A stretch of 64,000 nt of DNA from Octopus vulgaris (GCA_951406725.2 OX597830.1:60636001-60700000); one strand, 5' to 3'. Numbered from the stretch's first letter, positions 1-12,527 are shown. The notes: generated by a model from the sequence alone, not told the origin. Translations and numbers: made by a program.

Positions 1-355
1 GAAATAATTATATAAGCATTTTTAGAGATGTAAAGTATAATAGCCATCTCAATATGGCTAACCACAAAGGGGGAGGGGTGTTACTGTAGCTTTTTACGTT
101 CTGAGATTTAATAAATTTTAGAGAGTTACTTCCCTTATATATGTCAAAAATGGATTAAAAATGGGAAAAATTGATGGTAAATTTTTTTTTTAATCGTAGA
201 CTCATCGTAGACGCGCGCTAATACCCAGACGGTCTCGGTATGAATCACGACTATAAGATACCCGGTTTTGGTTAAACTGCACCGCAAAATGTGGGAGTAG
301 TTAGGAATCTAAATCGTAGGAGACAGACACACAACCTCACTTTTATATATAAAGA
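1..355 (-). mobile_element. Non-autonomous Helitron, 5' portion (runs off the window edge)
   Basis: Reverse complement of 21609-21968. On the minus strand it begins A|TCTTTATATATAAAA, the Helitron 5'-TC after a host A. The sister copy has the 3' hairpin and CTAG. Confidence 0.85.
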
Positions 356-515
356 TTTCCTCTATTTACATAATATTGAGGTCTCTTTCTTTCTTTTGTT
401 ATCTTACTGTTTTTACCAATATACATATATATATATATAAATATATATATAGTTACAGAGATGTACTTGCATAGCAAGTGACTTGATCTGAGATCGTGTG
501 CTGGAACGAAAACAG

Positions 516-774
516 TTGCAGCGTTGAAGGTGTTTATAAGCCATTTAAGAAACACACAAAAACCGTTAGATTCACTTCAACATTTAAATTTAATTTGTCA
601 AAATATTTTCATCGCTTTGAGACCGCGACCTGTTAGCACGATATTTTTGTCAGTGAACAGGTCGCGGTCTCAAAGCGACGAAAATATTTTGGCAAATTAA
701 ATTTAAATGTTGAAGTGAATGTAACGGTTTTTGTGTGTTTCTTAAATGGCTTACAAACACCTTCCACGCTGCAA
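516..774. repeat. Foldback / MITE-like palindrome
   Basis: Arms 516-634 and 656-774 (~119 bp) are near-perfect reverse complements around a 21-nt loop. Confidence 0.9.
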
Positions 775-854
775 TATATATATACACACATATATATATA
801 TGTATGTATGTATGTATGTGTGTATATGTGTATGCATGTATGTGTGTGTGTGTG

Positions 855-1072
855 CGTGTCTGTGCTTGTGATTGTCCTCCACCACTGCTTGACAACGAAT
901 GTTGGTTTGTTTACATCCCTGTCACCTAGTGGTTTGACAAAGGAAACAGATAGAATAAGTACAATGCTTACAAAAATAAAAGTGGAGTTGATTCATTAAA
1001 CTACAATTCTTCAAGGCATTGCCCCAGCATGGCCAATGACCAATGGCTGGAAAAAGCAGAAGAATAAAAGAA
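855..1072 (+). mobile_element. SINE family A, diverged 3' half
   Basis: gcttgacaac...gatagaataagtac...ccagcatggcc motifs match the 3' half of the copy at 23661-24070. Confidence 0.8.
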
Positions 1073-1139
1073 TACATTCTCTGCTTTGGTCTTATGTTCA
1101 AGGCATGAGAAAGCTTGAGTTTACATGAGAAGGCCTAAC

Positions 1140-1403
1140 AGACCTGGTAGAAACAGCAGCCAAATCTCCCTCAAATCACACCTTACTGTCTTATGTATGT
1201 ATATATATATGAGCCAATGAGGGGGACCTCTACATGGTAGCTAGACCTGGTAGAAATAGCAGCCAAATTTCCCCCAAATCACACCTTACTGTCTTATCTA
1301 TGTATATATGTATGTATGAGCCTATAAGGAGACCCCTACATGGCAGCTAGACATGGTAGAAATAGCAGCCAAATCTCCCTCAAATCACACCTTACTGTCT
1401 TAT
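1140..1403 (+). repeat. Tandem repeat, 3 units of ~103-107 bp
   Basis: ggtagaaa(c/t)agcagccaaat..ccc.caaatcacaccttactgtcttat recurs near 1146, 1249 and 1355. Confidence 0.85.
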
Positions 1404-1774
1404 CTTTCTGCTACTTGGATATAGGTGTTATATTCGTCGTAAAAAACTTTCCTGTCACACACTCACGCACACGCACACACACACACACACACGCACCCTC
1501 ACACACACACACACGCGCACACCCACACACACCCACTCACACACACGCACGTTAGCTTACAATTTTATTTATATATTTGCGTGTCTATGTGTGGAAAGAG
1601 GAAGTGGGAGGCAGAGTGAAAGAATCACTCACTACAGTAAGTCAATTACTTTCATTTTATTCGTTGCCCACTGTGTGTGTGCGTTTGCGTGTGGTGTAAA
1701 CCAGACTAAGAAAAGCATTTGACACACACACCAGAATGTGAGTTTTCTGTAAATTTTGCTTAATTGGAGTTTAA

Positions 1775-1916
1775 ATTTTAAAAACTGGACCTGGCATGAC
1801 GCGATGCATTGTACTCTTAAAAATGCTAGGTAAATTGTAATTGAAGAAATCCTATATTGTAGATTTGTATAACTCCCAAAGGGAGGCAGATAAAATCTGC
1901 CTTTTATAATAAGAGA
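1775..1916 (-). mobile_element. Probable Helitron 5' terminus (second family)
   Basis: Minus strand begins A|TCTCTTATTATAAAAGGCAG with a subterminal hairpin aggcagat-aaa-atctgcct. No 3' end was identified. Confidence 0.5.
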
Positions 1917-1976
1917 TACATGATTGAGAGGACAAACGAAAGCAGGGTACTCAACACATTTATTGGGAGTTACATG

Positions 1977-2235
1977 TATAGATCAAAACAGTTTGATCCA
2001 GAATCCTTGGTACTCTGAGTTTCAAGCGCGCGGCTAGTCTTCGGCCATAGGAGTCTGGGTGAGAGTTCGATTGAAGGGAGTCAATATTTATTACTCGACG
2101 TTAGACTGCGATTGGTCGAAGAAGGTCATGCGGTATTGCTGTCGGTATTTCAGCGACAGCACAATGGCCGAAGACTGGTCGCTCACTTGAAACTCGAAGT
2201 ACCAAGGATTCTGAATCAAACTGTTTTAATCTATA
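1977..2235. mobile_element. Inverted-repeat element whose 72-bp arms each contain a hammerhead-like motif
   Basis: Arms 1977-2048 and 2164-2235. Each reads tgg CCGAAGA n14 GAAA CTC(GA/AG)AG TA cca toward its outer end. Confidence 0.75.
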
Positions 2236-2319
2236 TATGTGTGTGTCTGTTTGTGTGTGTGTGTGTGTGTGTATGTGTGTCTATTTGTGTGTGTGTGTGT
2301 GTGTGTGTGTTTATGTCTC

Positions 2320-2523
2320 TGCTCCCCGCCACCACCTCTTGACAACAAGTGCTGGTATGTTTGCGTCCCAGTAATCTGGCGGTTCAGCAAAAGCGACCGA
2401 TAAAATAAGTAGCAGGCTTAAAAAATTATGTATTAGTGTCGATTCGTTCGACTAAAATTCTTCAAAGAGGTGGCTCGAGCATGGTCGCAGTCTAATGACT
2501 GAAACAAGTAAAAGATAAAAGAT
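2320..2523 (+). mobile_element. SINE family A, 3' half
   Basis: ttgacaac...gataaaataagta...agcatggtcgcagtctaatgactgaaacaagtaaaagataaaaga tail. Confidence 0.85.
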
Positions 2524-2528
2524 ATATT

Positions 2529-3090
2529 CGAGGAGTGCTGAAATGTTCCTGGCTTTGGGTAGAAGAAAATACATGAGAATCAGTTAATTATGATTTTATT
2601 CAGTATATTCCACCTCTCAGATTCTATAAAAAGAACTCGGAAAGTTGGGCCTCCAACCAAGCCCCTGCTGCAGTGATCACTTCCAAATTGGAGAGAAATT
2701 TCGTTCCCTGGAGACATTTCTTCAGTTGTGGAAAGAGGCCAAGTCAGGAGAGTAAGGTGGGTGGTCTATCAGATCGTAGCCAAACTTACCTATTTTGCGT
2801 AGAGTTTCATGTGCCGAGTGTGCTGGTGCATTGTCCTGCAAAAACAGGACACCATGGCTCAGCCTTCCATGGTGTTTCTGCTTCAAAGCTTCACGCAGTT
2901 CGTCCAATAGAGATATGTACTATTCTGCGTTGATGGCGCGACCCTTTGACAAGTATTTTATGAGGAGTGCTCCGTCTTTGTCCCAGAACACTGAAGCCAG
3001 AATCTTTTCAGTTGACTTCTAGGTCCGAAACGTCTTGGGACACGGTGAACCGCTGCGACTCCACTCCATTGATTGCTGCTTGTTCTGGAG
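2529..3090 (-). mobile_element. Mariner (DD34D-type) transposase remnant with one TIR
   Basis: Translation gives KQQSMEW, LREALKQK, GVLFLQDNAPAHSA and HPPYSPDLA. Terminus CGAGGAGTGCTGAAA. Confidence 0.92.
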
Positions 3091-3401
3091 CTTAGTCTGC
3101 TCAAACTCGTGTCGTTCATTTTATTTCTATCTCTAAATGAATTTAAATGATTTGCTAGTTCTTTGGGGCTTTTTAAAATTTAGTGAGGTCGCTCCTATAC
3201 AGAACTATGTCCTTCCCTCAGATATGATCTTGCATTGGTAGACTAGAATCTTATTCAAACATTTAGAAGCAAACATCTAGCACAATTTCAGAGACTTCAT
3301 GTATGTATGTATGTATGCATGTATGTATATATGTGCAGATTTGTATGCTTTATGTATGTATTCTCATGCATATAGTTGCATATCTAGACATGCTCATATA
3401 C

Positions 3402-3441
3402 ATGGTGGCCCAAAAGTAGGTTTACAGTTATTCTCTTTAGC

Positions 3442-3529
<88 letters not shown>

Positions 3530-3830
3530 CTATTGGTCTATACTAATTTAGTTAATTTTGTCAAGCTCCCTTTTCAGTTTGTAATTGTTATTTTCTTTTT
3601 TTTTACTGGTACTGTAAAGTGTGCGCCATGGCAAACAATTCAAATCAAGAGTAAATAAAGTGGATACTAAAGCAGTATTGGAAGTGTGAAAATGCCGAGC
3701 AGGTGCACATAGCATGGCAAGAAGCCTTTTACACTCCTCCACCTTCACGCCAGACAATTTATCGGATAAGAAATAAATTTGATACCACAGGTCCAGTGAG
3801 TAACGCACCAAAATCTGGACGCCCTAAGAC
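3402..3830 (+). mobile_element. Tc1/mariner-superfamily 5' fragment (TIR + N-terminal HTH), split by (TA)n
   Basis: ta-catggtggcccaaaagtaggtttacagtt TIR-like start; PPPSRQTIYRIRNKFDTTGPVSNAPKSGRPKT HTH/GRPR-type motif. Confidence 0.8.
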
Positions 3831-3876
<46 letters not shown>

Positions 3877-3920
3877 GAGAGAGAGGGAGAGACTTACATA
3901 TACAAACGTACGTACATACA

Positions 3921-4679
3921 TACAAGTTCAGGTTTATTCCTGTAATTGCTGGGGCCATGAGATACAAGAGGGGCAAAGTACGAATTCTGATGGCCTTGGA
4001 AAATTGCGTGATGAAGGCAAAGAAGTTCCTGAACAAGCTGGAGCATCCTTTTAAATTGGAGATGATCTGGTTCTTCTCAGATGAAAAGAACTTCTGCCAG
4101 GGTCAGTTTCACAACATCCAGTACCAGTGGCTTGCTAAAACCCATGTGATGTCCTACATATCATGAAAACCAAGTTCTCCCAAACTGCGATGGTCTTTGA
4201 GTTGGCCTCCAGTAAGAGTGACGTCATGCCGCCCCAAAATCTTTGAACAGGGCCTGCTGGAGATTTTGGCTGGAGAAGGTTGCTACTGGAAGGCCATATG
4301 TGGGGCAGGAGGATTCGGCTCGTTGCCATACCTCCAGAAAGAGTGGCTTTCAGAGCATTCCCTCGACTTCACTGGCCCCAGTTCTTAGCTGCCTACTTCC
4401 TTCGATTGTAATTTCATGGATTATTATGTGTGAGGCATGGTTGAATAAGACACCAACTGATCTGCCTGTGGAGTTTGAAGATCTTTCCAGATTCCTGAGC
4501 CGTCTTCAGGCTGTGGTGGAAGCTGAAAGCAGCTACTTTGAGTAAACTGTAAACTGTAATCTACCAGTCATAATCTAGTTGATAGCTTTTGATTTTTTTT
4601 TAAATACTTTATTTTTGGACGGGATACTGTTTTCTTTTTCTTTTATGCAGACTGTCAAATTTAGCCTGAACTATTTGTA
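3921..4679 (+). mobile_element. Internally deleted Tc1/mariner-superfamily element (DD37D/maT-like)
   Basis: WFFSDEKNF, MKTKF, WLEKVATGRPYVGQEDSARCHTS and MDYYV motifs across frameshifts. Degenerate TIRs tacaagttcaggttta / tagcctgaactatttgta. Confidence 0.85.
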
Positions 4680-4694
4680 TATATAGATATATAC

Positions 4695-4762
<68 letters not shown>

Positions 4763-4767
<5 letters not shown>

Positions 4768-4965
4768 ATCCAAACATGAAAACACAAAGAGAAAACACAA
4801 CAACGCGAGGACGTGGAACAAGTATAGTATTATTGAACGCTCAGGAAAGAAGGAGGGTTTAATGTTTCGAGCGGAGCTCTTCGTCAGAAATATAGAAAAA
4901 GGAAAGGTCCAAGGAAGTGAAGACGGAGGGAAAAAAATCGCCAACGGTACACACGCGGTCATATT

Positions 4966-4968
<3 letters not shown>
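4763..4968 (-). mobile_element. ~200 bp hammerhead-bearing non-coding unit (pLTR/retrozyme-like) inside (TA)n
   Basis: Flanked by (TA)n on both sides, homologous to 59842-60011, and carries a hammerhead at 4858-4890. Confidence 0.8.
4858..4890 (-). ncRNA. Minimal type I hammerhead ribozyme motif
   Basis: ttt CTGACGA a GAGC tcc GCTC GAAA CA TT aaa. Intact core, 4-bp stem II, 3-bp stem I. Stem III is AACATT, a probable CpG-decayed AACGTT. Confidence 0.75.
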
Positions 4969-5009
<41 letters not shown>

Positions 5010-5203
5010 GCAGTCATACGTAGAGAGAGAGAGAGAGAGAGAGACTGATAGAATAAGTACCAGAATTAAAATTAGTGCTGAAGAGGACTTGCTCGAATAC
5101 AACCTTGAAGGCGGTGCTCCAGCATGGCAGCTATTTAAACTTAAACAAGTAAAGGACAACGTGTATATCTGCATGTTTCGCTCTCGCTCTCTCTCTCTAT
5201 CTC

Positions 5204-5239
<36 letters not shown>

Positions 5240-5298
5240 CTGGCAGAGCAAGAGAGAGAGCGAAACATGCAGTTAGGTAGATAGATAGATAGACAGAC

Positions 5299-5441
<143 letters not shown>

Positions 5442-5919
5442 CGGACATGCACACAGATACCTGTGTATGCGCCTATGTGTGCAATAGTTAGTGGCTGCAA
5501 CAGGCTGTATAGATTGTTACACAGTCAACTGCATCACAGCGAGGCAAGGCAATACGTTAGGTCTGCAACATGCAGCTAAAATGCATGTAGTCTGCTGTCA
5601 GATTCTGCTGTCTCGTCTGCTGTCTACGGCTTGCTGCTATATCCACTCCGCTAGAGGATGGTGGGGCATCAATACCTCTTTGTTGGCTTTAATTTTTTTA
5701 GCCCAAGGCCCCTTCTGATCCAGCTGACCATCGCCTTAATTATCTCAACCAGATTTTATTAAATATTTTAACACCTGTTCACAACAGCGTTTTGTTTTGC
5801 TTTTTTTAATTAAGTGTAATTTGTGTGGAAATTGGCTGTTATTTCAAACAAGTCCGGCGTAGATTATAGGTGTGTGTGTGTGTGTGTGTTTGTTTGACTG
5901 TGTGTGCATGCGTGTATAT

Positions 5920-6380
5920 GAGTATCTAATGATTCTACCTGTGTATGTGTCTATGTATCTCTAACTGTATATGTATATGTGTGTATGTGTTTCACACTTA
6001 GTGTATGTGTATGTGTTTGTGTGTGTGTGTGTGTTTGTGTGTGTGCGTGTGTGTGTGCGTGTGTGTGTGTTTGTCTGTGTGTGCATGCGTGTATATCAGT
6101 ATCTAATGATTCTACCAGTGTGTGTGTCTATATATCTCTAACTGTAGATGTATGTGGGTGTTTATGTTTCACACCTAGTGTATGTGTTTGTGTGTGTGTG
6201 TGTGCGCTTGTGTATGTGCGTGTGTGTGTGTGTGTGATTGTGTTTGTGCGTGTGTGTGTGTGTGTTTGTATGTGCGTGCGTGTATGTGAGTATCTAATGA
6301 TTCTACCTGTGTGTGTGTCTATATATCTCTAACTGTATATGTATATGTGTGTATATGTTTCACACCTAGTGTATGTGTAT
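5920..6380 (+). repeat. Degenerate tandem repeat, 3 units of ~180-190 bp with internal (GT)n
   Basis: agtatctaatgattctacc...tatctctaactgta...gtttcacac(c/t)tagtgtatgtgt recurs near 5921, 6098 and 6289. Confidence 0.85.
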
Positions 6381-6813
6381 ATGTTTGTGTGCGTGCGCGC
6401 GCGCGTGTGTGTGTGTGTGTGTGTGTGTCTTATTTCACTGTATGTGCATGTGTCTCTATGCTTCTGCCTGTGTGCATGTGTGCATGTCTTTATTTCCACC
6501 TCCATATGTGTGTGCATGAGCCTGTCGGCCTGTCGGCCTTTTCTGTGGGTATGTCTATATATTTCACTTTCTGTTTATGATATGTGTGTGTCTGTATATT
6601 TTATGCGTTGTGCCTGTGCGTTTATGCCTTTCTCTTTCTGTTTGTATATGTGCGCATGTGCGTGCGTTACTCAGGTGTTTCATCAGTAACCGGAAACAAA
6701 GACAGACAGGTAAAGTACGTGATGATAATACACTTCGAGGTATGTATGTGTGTAGATAGCCGTTAGTGTGTATTCAGCAAAGTGTTAGCTCTGAGTCGAA
6801 CACACATACACAC

Positions 6814-6886
<73 letters not shown>

Positions 6887-7250
6887 TCGCACACCACGCA
6901 CATCTGGTGAGACTGTGTATGTATATGTTCACGCGCGCCAGCAATTGTGGGTTAAAGAGTGTTCCATTCCTGACCATCCTGATATATAGGGTTACTTTGT
7001 CCACTTTCCTTCCTTTTCTTTACAGGAAATAGGGAATTTGGTTGTTATTTCAAGCAACTTGCCTGTGTGTTATAAGCAGGAGTATTAAGTTGTGTGTCTG
7101 TGCATAGAATAATAGCGGGGTGTTTGCGATATATATATATATATAATAAATAATATTAAGGTAATAAGAATTATAGAAATTATGGCCTAGCACAAAAGGC
7201 AACTGGTTTACAGTCGAATCTAGTTGTGTGTATATTTGAAATCTAAAGGC

Positions 7251-7318
7251 TTCCTACTGACGAAACTAGCCTCAGTGAATATTTTTTTACTGGAATGTTA
7301 GAAACCCTTGTCTAGGAA
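7251..7318 (+). ncRNA. Type I hammerhead ribozyme motif within a ~290 bp unit (7145-7432) flanked by (TA)n
   Basis: ttccta CTGACGA aac...gtt a GAAA C cctt G TC taggaa. 6-bp stem I, intact core, GUC triplet, predicted cut after 7312. Confidence 0.85.
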
Positions 7319-7429
7319 CTAAATTAGATGGTAAATGTTTTTAATTTTCAATCCTTTCGAGAATTTATCCATAATTAGTGGTTTGAGTTTTCTACTGCTC
7401 TTTCTAGCACAAGGCTAATGTACACGATA

Positions 7430-7479
<50 letters not shown>

Positions 7480-7480
<1 letters not shown>

Positions 7481-7776
7481 TTTATCTTTTATCTTTTATC
7501 TTTTACTTGTTTCAGTCATTAGACTGCGGTCATGCTGGTGTACCTCCTTCAAGATTTTTCAGGCGAATGAATCTACCCCGGTACCTATTTTTTAAAGCCT
7601 GGTACTTATTCTATCGGCCTCTTTTGCGCAACCGCCAAGTTACAGGGACGTAAATACACCAGCACCAGTTGTCAAGTGGTGATAGTAGAAGACACTTGCC
7701 CAAGGTGGCCACGCAGTGGGAATGAACCCGAAACCATGTAGTTAGGAAGAAAGCGTCTTACCAAACAGCTACGCAG
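7480..7776 (-). mobile_element. SINE family A, internally deleted
   Basis: Head and tail motifs are present; the central microsatellite segment is missing. Confidence 0.85.
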
Positions 7777-7993
7777 GTGAAATAATTGGGGGAAATAAGG
7801 GTGAAATATAAGTAAAATAAACACCAAAGATGTTTCGTCCCATGCAGAAACAATGTGAGCTACTCAGAGGTTTTGCAAGCTTTCCTTCTAAATCCATTAC
7901 AATGCTGGAAACCTTTCTTTATGGTCAGCAGGTATCTCAGGGACACGCGCCTTTTGCCCTTCAGCCTGTGCACTTTGCCTGAGCATATATATG

Positions 7994-8207
7994 TAGATCG
8001 TTAGCCACTACACACATTTTTTTCTGTCCTTGTTTCTCTCCTTTTTTTCTTTCCTTGTTTCTCTCCTTGTTTTTTCTGTGTCACTTTCTGTAGAAGAGCG
8101 TAGGCTCGAAACGTAAAAGACTTTTTTCTATTCCTGAGCGTTATACCAATACATCTGTTTGTTTTGTACACCACCTGTCTTCGTCTTTTTTTCGTAAACT
8201 CTCCCTC
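7994..8207 (+). mobile_element. ~210 bp hammerhead-variant unit (family H1) inside (TA)n
   Basis: Homologous to 60648-60825, 60925-61123 and 47022-47185. Motif cttt CTGTAGA a GAGC gtag GCTC GAAA CG TA aaag at 8084-8119. Confidence 0.85.
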
Positions 8208-8240
<33 letters not shown>

Positions 8241-8249
8241 TTTGCCTGA

Positions 8250-8295
<46 letters not shown>

Positions 8296-8305
8296 TTTGC
8301 CTGAG

Positions 8306-8337
<32 letters not shown>

Positions 8338-8554
8338 ACATACATGCATACATACATACATACATACATACATACATACATACATACATACATACATACA
8401 TACATACATACATACATACATACATACATACATACATACATACATACGTACACTGACAACTGGTGTATGTTGGAAGAGGCTAGAGTTGTTTTTGTGGTTG
8501 CTGAGCAGCAGTTAACACTTAATCAAGCAGATATTCAGATATGATTAGATTCTG

Positions 8555-8760
8555 GTTTAGGCACAAGACCAGCAGTTTTCCTGGGGCAGGGAGACAGTCG
8601 ATAACATCGATCTCAGTACTTGACGGCTACTTTATTTTATCAACCCAAAACCGATGAAAGGCAAAGTTCACCTTGGTGGGATTTGAGCTCAGAGTCGAAA
8701 GAGCCCGAACAAATACCACAAGGCATTTTCCAACGCACTATCGGGTATGACAACTCGCTA
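8555..8760 (-). mobile_element. SINE family B (Meta-domain-like), diverged
   Basis: ggcacaagaccagc...tacttttattttatc...gatgaaaggcaaagt...atttgagctcaga, same layout as 27545-27750. Confidence 0.8.
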
Positions 8761-9012
8761 GACATAATGTATCTTAGACTACATTAGAGATTTGGAAGAG
8801 AAGGATGTGAATTGAGGAAGATTCAACTGCTATTTCTAGCAGCGCGACTGACTACGTTGGAGGGTACCTCGATAGATATTATGTTGTGCATGTATATATT
8901 TGTGGGTGTTTGTGTGAATAGGCGTAGATGTGTATGTGTGTGCATGTGTATGTATACGATTATTTGTGTTCACATATGTATATATCTGTGTATATGTCTA
9001 TATGTGTGTATG

Positions 9013-9079
<67 letters not shown>

Positions 9080-9479
9080 GGAGCAGGGCGAATATATGTA
9101 TATATGTTTGTCTTCTTGCATATGTGTGTGTGCTTGAATATATGATTATTTGCGCATGTATGTATAAGTTTGTATATGTGTGCGAATATGCCTGGTGCTG
9201 TATACATGTATATACATATATAATGTTTGTAAGTTTACATGTGTGCATAGACTATGTTTACATACGTGTCTATGCATATATATGCGTGTATATTTGTATA
9301 AATTTTTACTCAACACGCTTCTTAAAACGCGTTGTACTACTTTACATAATTACTATAAATGAATTATTTTTCTAATCAGTAACTTTTACTAATTTCCATT
9401 ACAGTGTTTAGTACAAGCTTTTTTTTTATTTATATATATATTTTTTTTTTAATCTGTCAGCAACTAAAAGTACAAATTT

Positions 9480-12150
9480 CTGCTGCTTCCAGCTCCAGAA
9501 ATAGCAAAGTTCACTTGACTATCGGAAAATATCGATTCTAGTATCTCTGAAACTTCGACTTTATGCTTTGTTGATGTTCTTTCTCAATGGAAACTGAAGC
9601 CACCTCGCTTTAAAGACTGCATTTGTCGAGATCGAAGGAATTCTTGAAATAAACTCTCCACCATTAGCATAACTTTTCGAAATTGTTGTTTGTATGACAC
9701 GTGGAAGTCTTCTCCCCGTCCCCCCTCCCAGGTGAATCCCATTGCAAAATCAAAAGGCAAGTGGATTTCTGAAAACAATTAAGAGGATTCTTCAAGATTA
9801 GTTGTTATGCTGGGACTCCAGAAGATTCCAGTGAATTTAAAAGTCCTCGTGGGGTAATTTACTTCTTCAGAAAGATCTCTTGGAAGAGGATCCAATATTT
9901 AATATTTATCTCATTTACTTCTGGAGTTAGTATAACTATTTCTTGAATCCATTTTTGAACATTAAAGCAGATATGAATATCTGGACTGTTCCTTCATTGA
10001 TATCTTCAGCTTGACTCTTAAGGCGGTATCTGTAATATTCTGCCATTGGTTAGCTGCTAAACTGAAGCAATAAATTGGCATATTGGCCAAATGTTTCTTT
10101 TTTCTTTTACTTGTTTTAATGACCACTCTTATGTTTGTTGATATAAGTTTAATTCTTGATCTACCAACCAAAGAGGAAAGTTTAAGGCTGGTATTAAGCT
10201 CGTGTACTAACCTGCCCTTAAGAATCATTGATAGAATTTGCAAGCAGCAGCAGAGATATTCCAGCCACATCATTAGTTTTTTTTGTGTCCTTCCATTTCT
10301 AATCCAGCGCTTCAAGGAGAAGTTTATGCATCCCACACAATCAATCGGCAACTTTTGAGGACAACTGCTTGAATCTCAGCTACTAATGCTGACGGGTGCA
10401 ACAGAGGATATTTCGAGTTAAAGTGATCTTAATCAATGTCTGCGCAGTTCTTCCACCCGTCAAAAGTGTCGCAGCTACTCCAGAGAAAGTTGCAACAAAG
10501 GATTTCCGATTTATTTGAAGAGAATAAGTGACCCACTTTATAATAAACACCTCTTTAATTCGGTATCAATTTTGGCTCAATTTCTTTAACAATTCTATTT
10601 GAGCGTTCTCTGAATACATTGAGTTTTGATGTGGTCTTTTAGGTGATTACATTAAAGCTTTTCCATATATTGTCTGTAGCAAATCCCACTTTGCAAAGAG
10701 TGAAGTTGAAAATATCCTTCAGAAATAAAGGAGAGCCATATTGGCATTTGTCTGATGTAAAATGTCTTCTGGCATAGGCCCTTTGTACTTACTTTTTTTT
10801 TCGGATGCATAGTACTTTATGTACTGTATGATGAAATGAGAATAGCAGACAAATCGCGTTCTCATCAATTCATGGGAATTTGAAGGTAGTGGCATTTTTT
10901 AGTCTTTTTCAATTTTTTTTTTTTTTTTTTTTGCACTCGTCAAATGTAATGTTTTGGGAAATCACATATTGAAGGAATTCTGGCAAATTTTTGCTTGACC
11001 CTAGTTTCGTTACATGCAATCAAGGACATTTGCCTCATTAAAATAACGTCTTATACGATTTTCTAAGGGCATTGCACTCAGGCGGCATTCATTGATGGGA
11101 AAGTTTAAAATTATTATAATTTCTTTATTCCTTCATTCTGTTATTCGTACAGATGTATGTGGCTGATCTTTAAATCGTAATCTCATCACGGTGGCTTGGA
11201 TATGAATCTTGGACTACAAAAGCACGGCTTGATCACTTCTTTTGTTCATCTATTGTTCATCAACGCACTTCGTAGATTTGAGTGAACTGCTTTAAAGATC
11301 TTTGAAATCATTTGTGAATATCGGATTGGCCATTGATTGTTCTTTTGAATAATGGGATTTCTTTGTTTGTTTATAGCCGTGAATCCGCTTTTACCTGGTT
11401 TCTTCCTTTTGTAATCTGGATATCCACCATGACCGGTTTCAATCTCGGTCAGAAAAGGACGTGGATAACCCTTTATGCATTTATTATCTTTCATTTAAGG
11501 AGACTGTTGTATGGGAGTCCATACGGACCATAAACCATTTGCTGCTTTATGATCTCAAAGAGAACAGGATCTGAGTCTTTATCACCTGGGAGAATATGAT
11601 CAATTTCAGGGCCACAGCTCTTTTCCTCCCGCCAAAACACTAAGTGGGCATGGAGCCAATCACTTGTACCATTTTATAACGCACATAAAAGAACAAAATT
11701 TTCGAAATTTTGGTCTTTTTGTAAAAATAACCCAAATATTTCCTTCAACATAATCACCATTTAAAGAAAATCTTTCACGACAATGCCATACTGATGTCGA
11801 GCTCTCTGGCCGAGAAAGAATAGCTTCTATTTCAATTCCTTATGGATTGCATGTGAAGGTAATGAACACCCAAACATCCAGATACAAGTAATACCACCTT
11901 ATATGTATGCGTGCAAATATCGGGGCCTCTTGCGAAAGAAGAGGCAAAGGGGTAAGTTGACTCGCCTACACTGAATATTTATCGTTGTTTGAAGCATCTC
12001 CTAGAATCTAGATTCATTTAGGACCAAGATGAATATATTTTTCAAATATTAACCTAAAGTGATTTTGTTTGATGAAGTTAAAATGCTCTGAATCTATGTT
12101 TGCATACATACCAACTATGCACTGATTGAAGAGTTTCTGTCTAATCTGAT
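9480..12150 (-). mobile_element. Decayed autonomous Helitron Rep (HUH)-Pif1 helicase coding region
   Basis: Motifs in the expected order on the minus strand: LPSSFARGPRYLH, VFITFTCNP, LHAH, MVYGP, MKDNKCIKGYPRPFLTEIETGHGGYPDYKRK, PLENRIRRYF, VLKSCRLIVWD, LEALD, ELNTSLKLSSL..STNIRV, SLESSGVP, LQFPLRKNINKA. Many stops and frameshifts. Confidence 0.92.
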
Positions 12151-12171
12151 CATTAACCTTTTGGTATCTTT

Positions 12172-12400
12172 CATCTTTTACTTGTTTCAGTCATTAGACT
12201 GCGACCATGCTGGGACACCGCCTTGAAGAATTTTTAGCCGAAAGAATCGATGGCAGAACTTTTTATTAAGCTAGGTACTTATTCTATCGTTTTCTTTTGC
12301 TGAACCGCTAAGTTATGGTGATGCGCAAACACACAAACACCAGTTGTCAGGCAGTGTAAGATGGGTGACAATCAGAGACACAAAGGTACACACACACACA
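12172..12400 (-). mobile_element. SINE family A, 3' half
   Basis: cttttacttgtttcagtcattagactgcg...ggtacttattctatcg...cttttgctgaaccgctaagtta. Confidence 0.85.
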
Positions 12401-12431
12401 TACTCATATGTATATATACATATACATATAC

Positions 12432-12527
<96 letters not shown>

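Noticed and set aside
1140-1403. CRISPR-like repeat-spacer pattern
   Set aside because: Eukaryotic context, spacers homologous to each other, and no cas genes. It is an ordinary tandem duplication.
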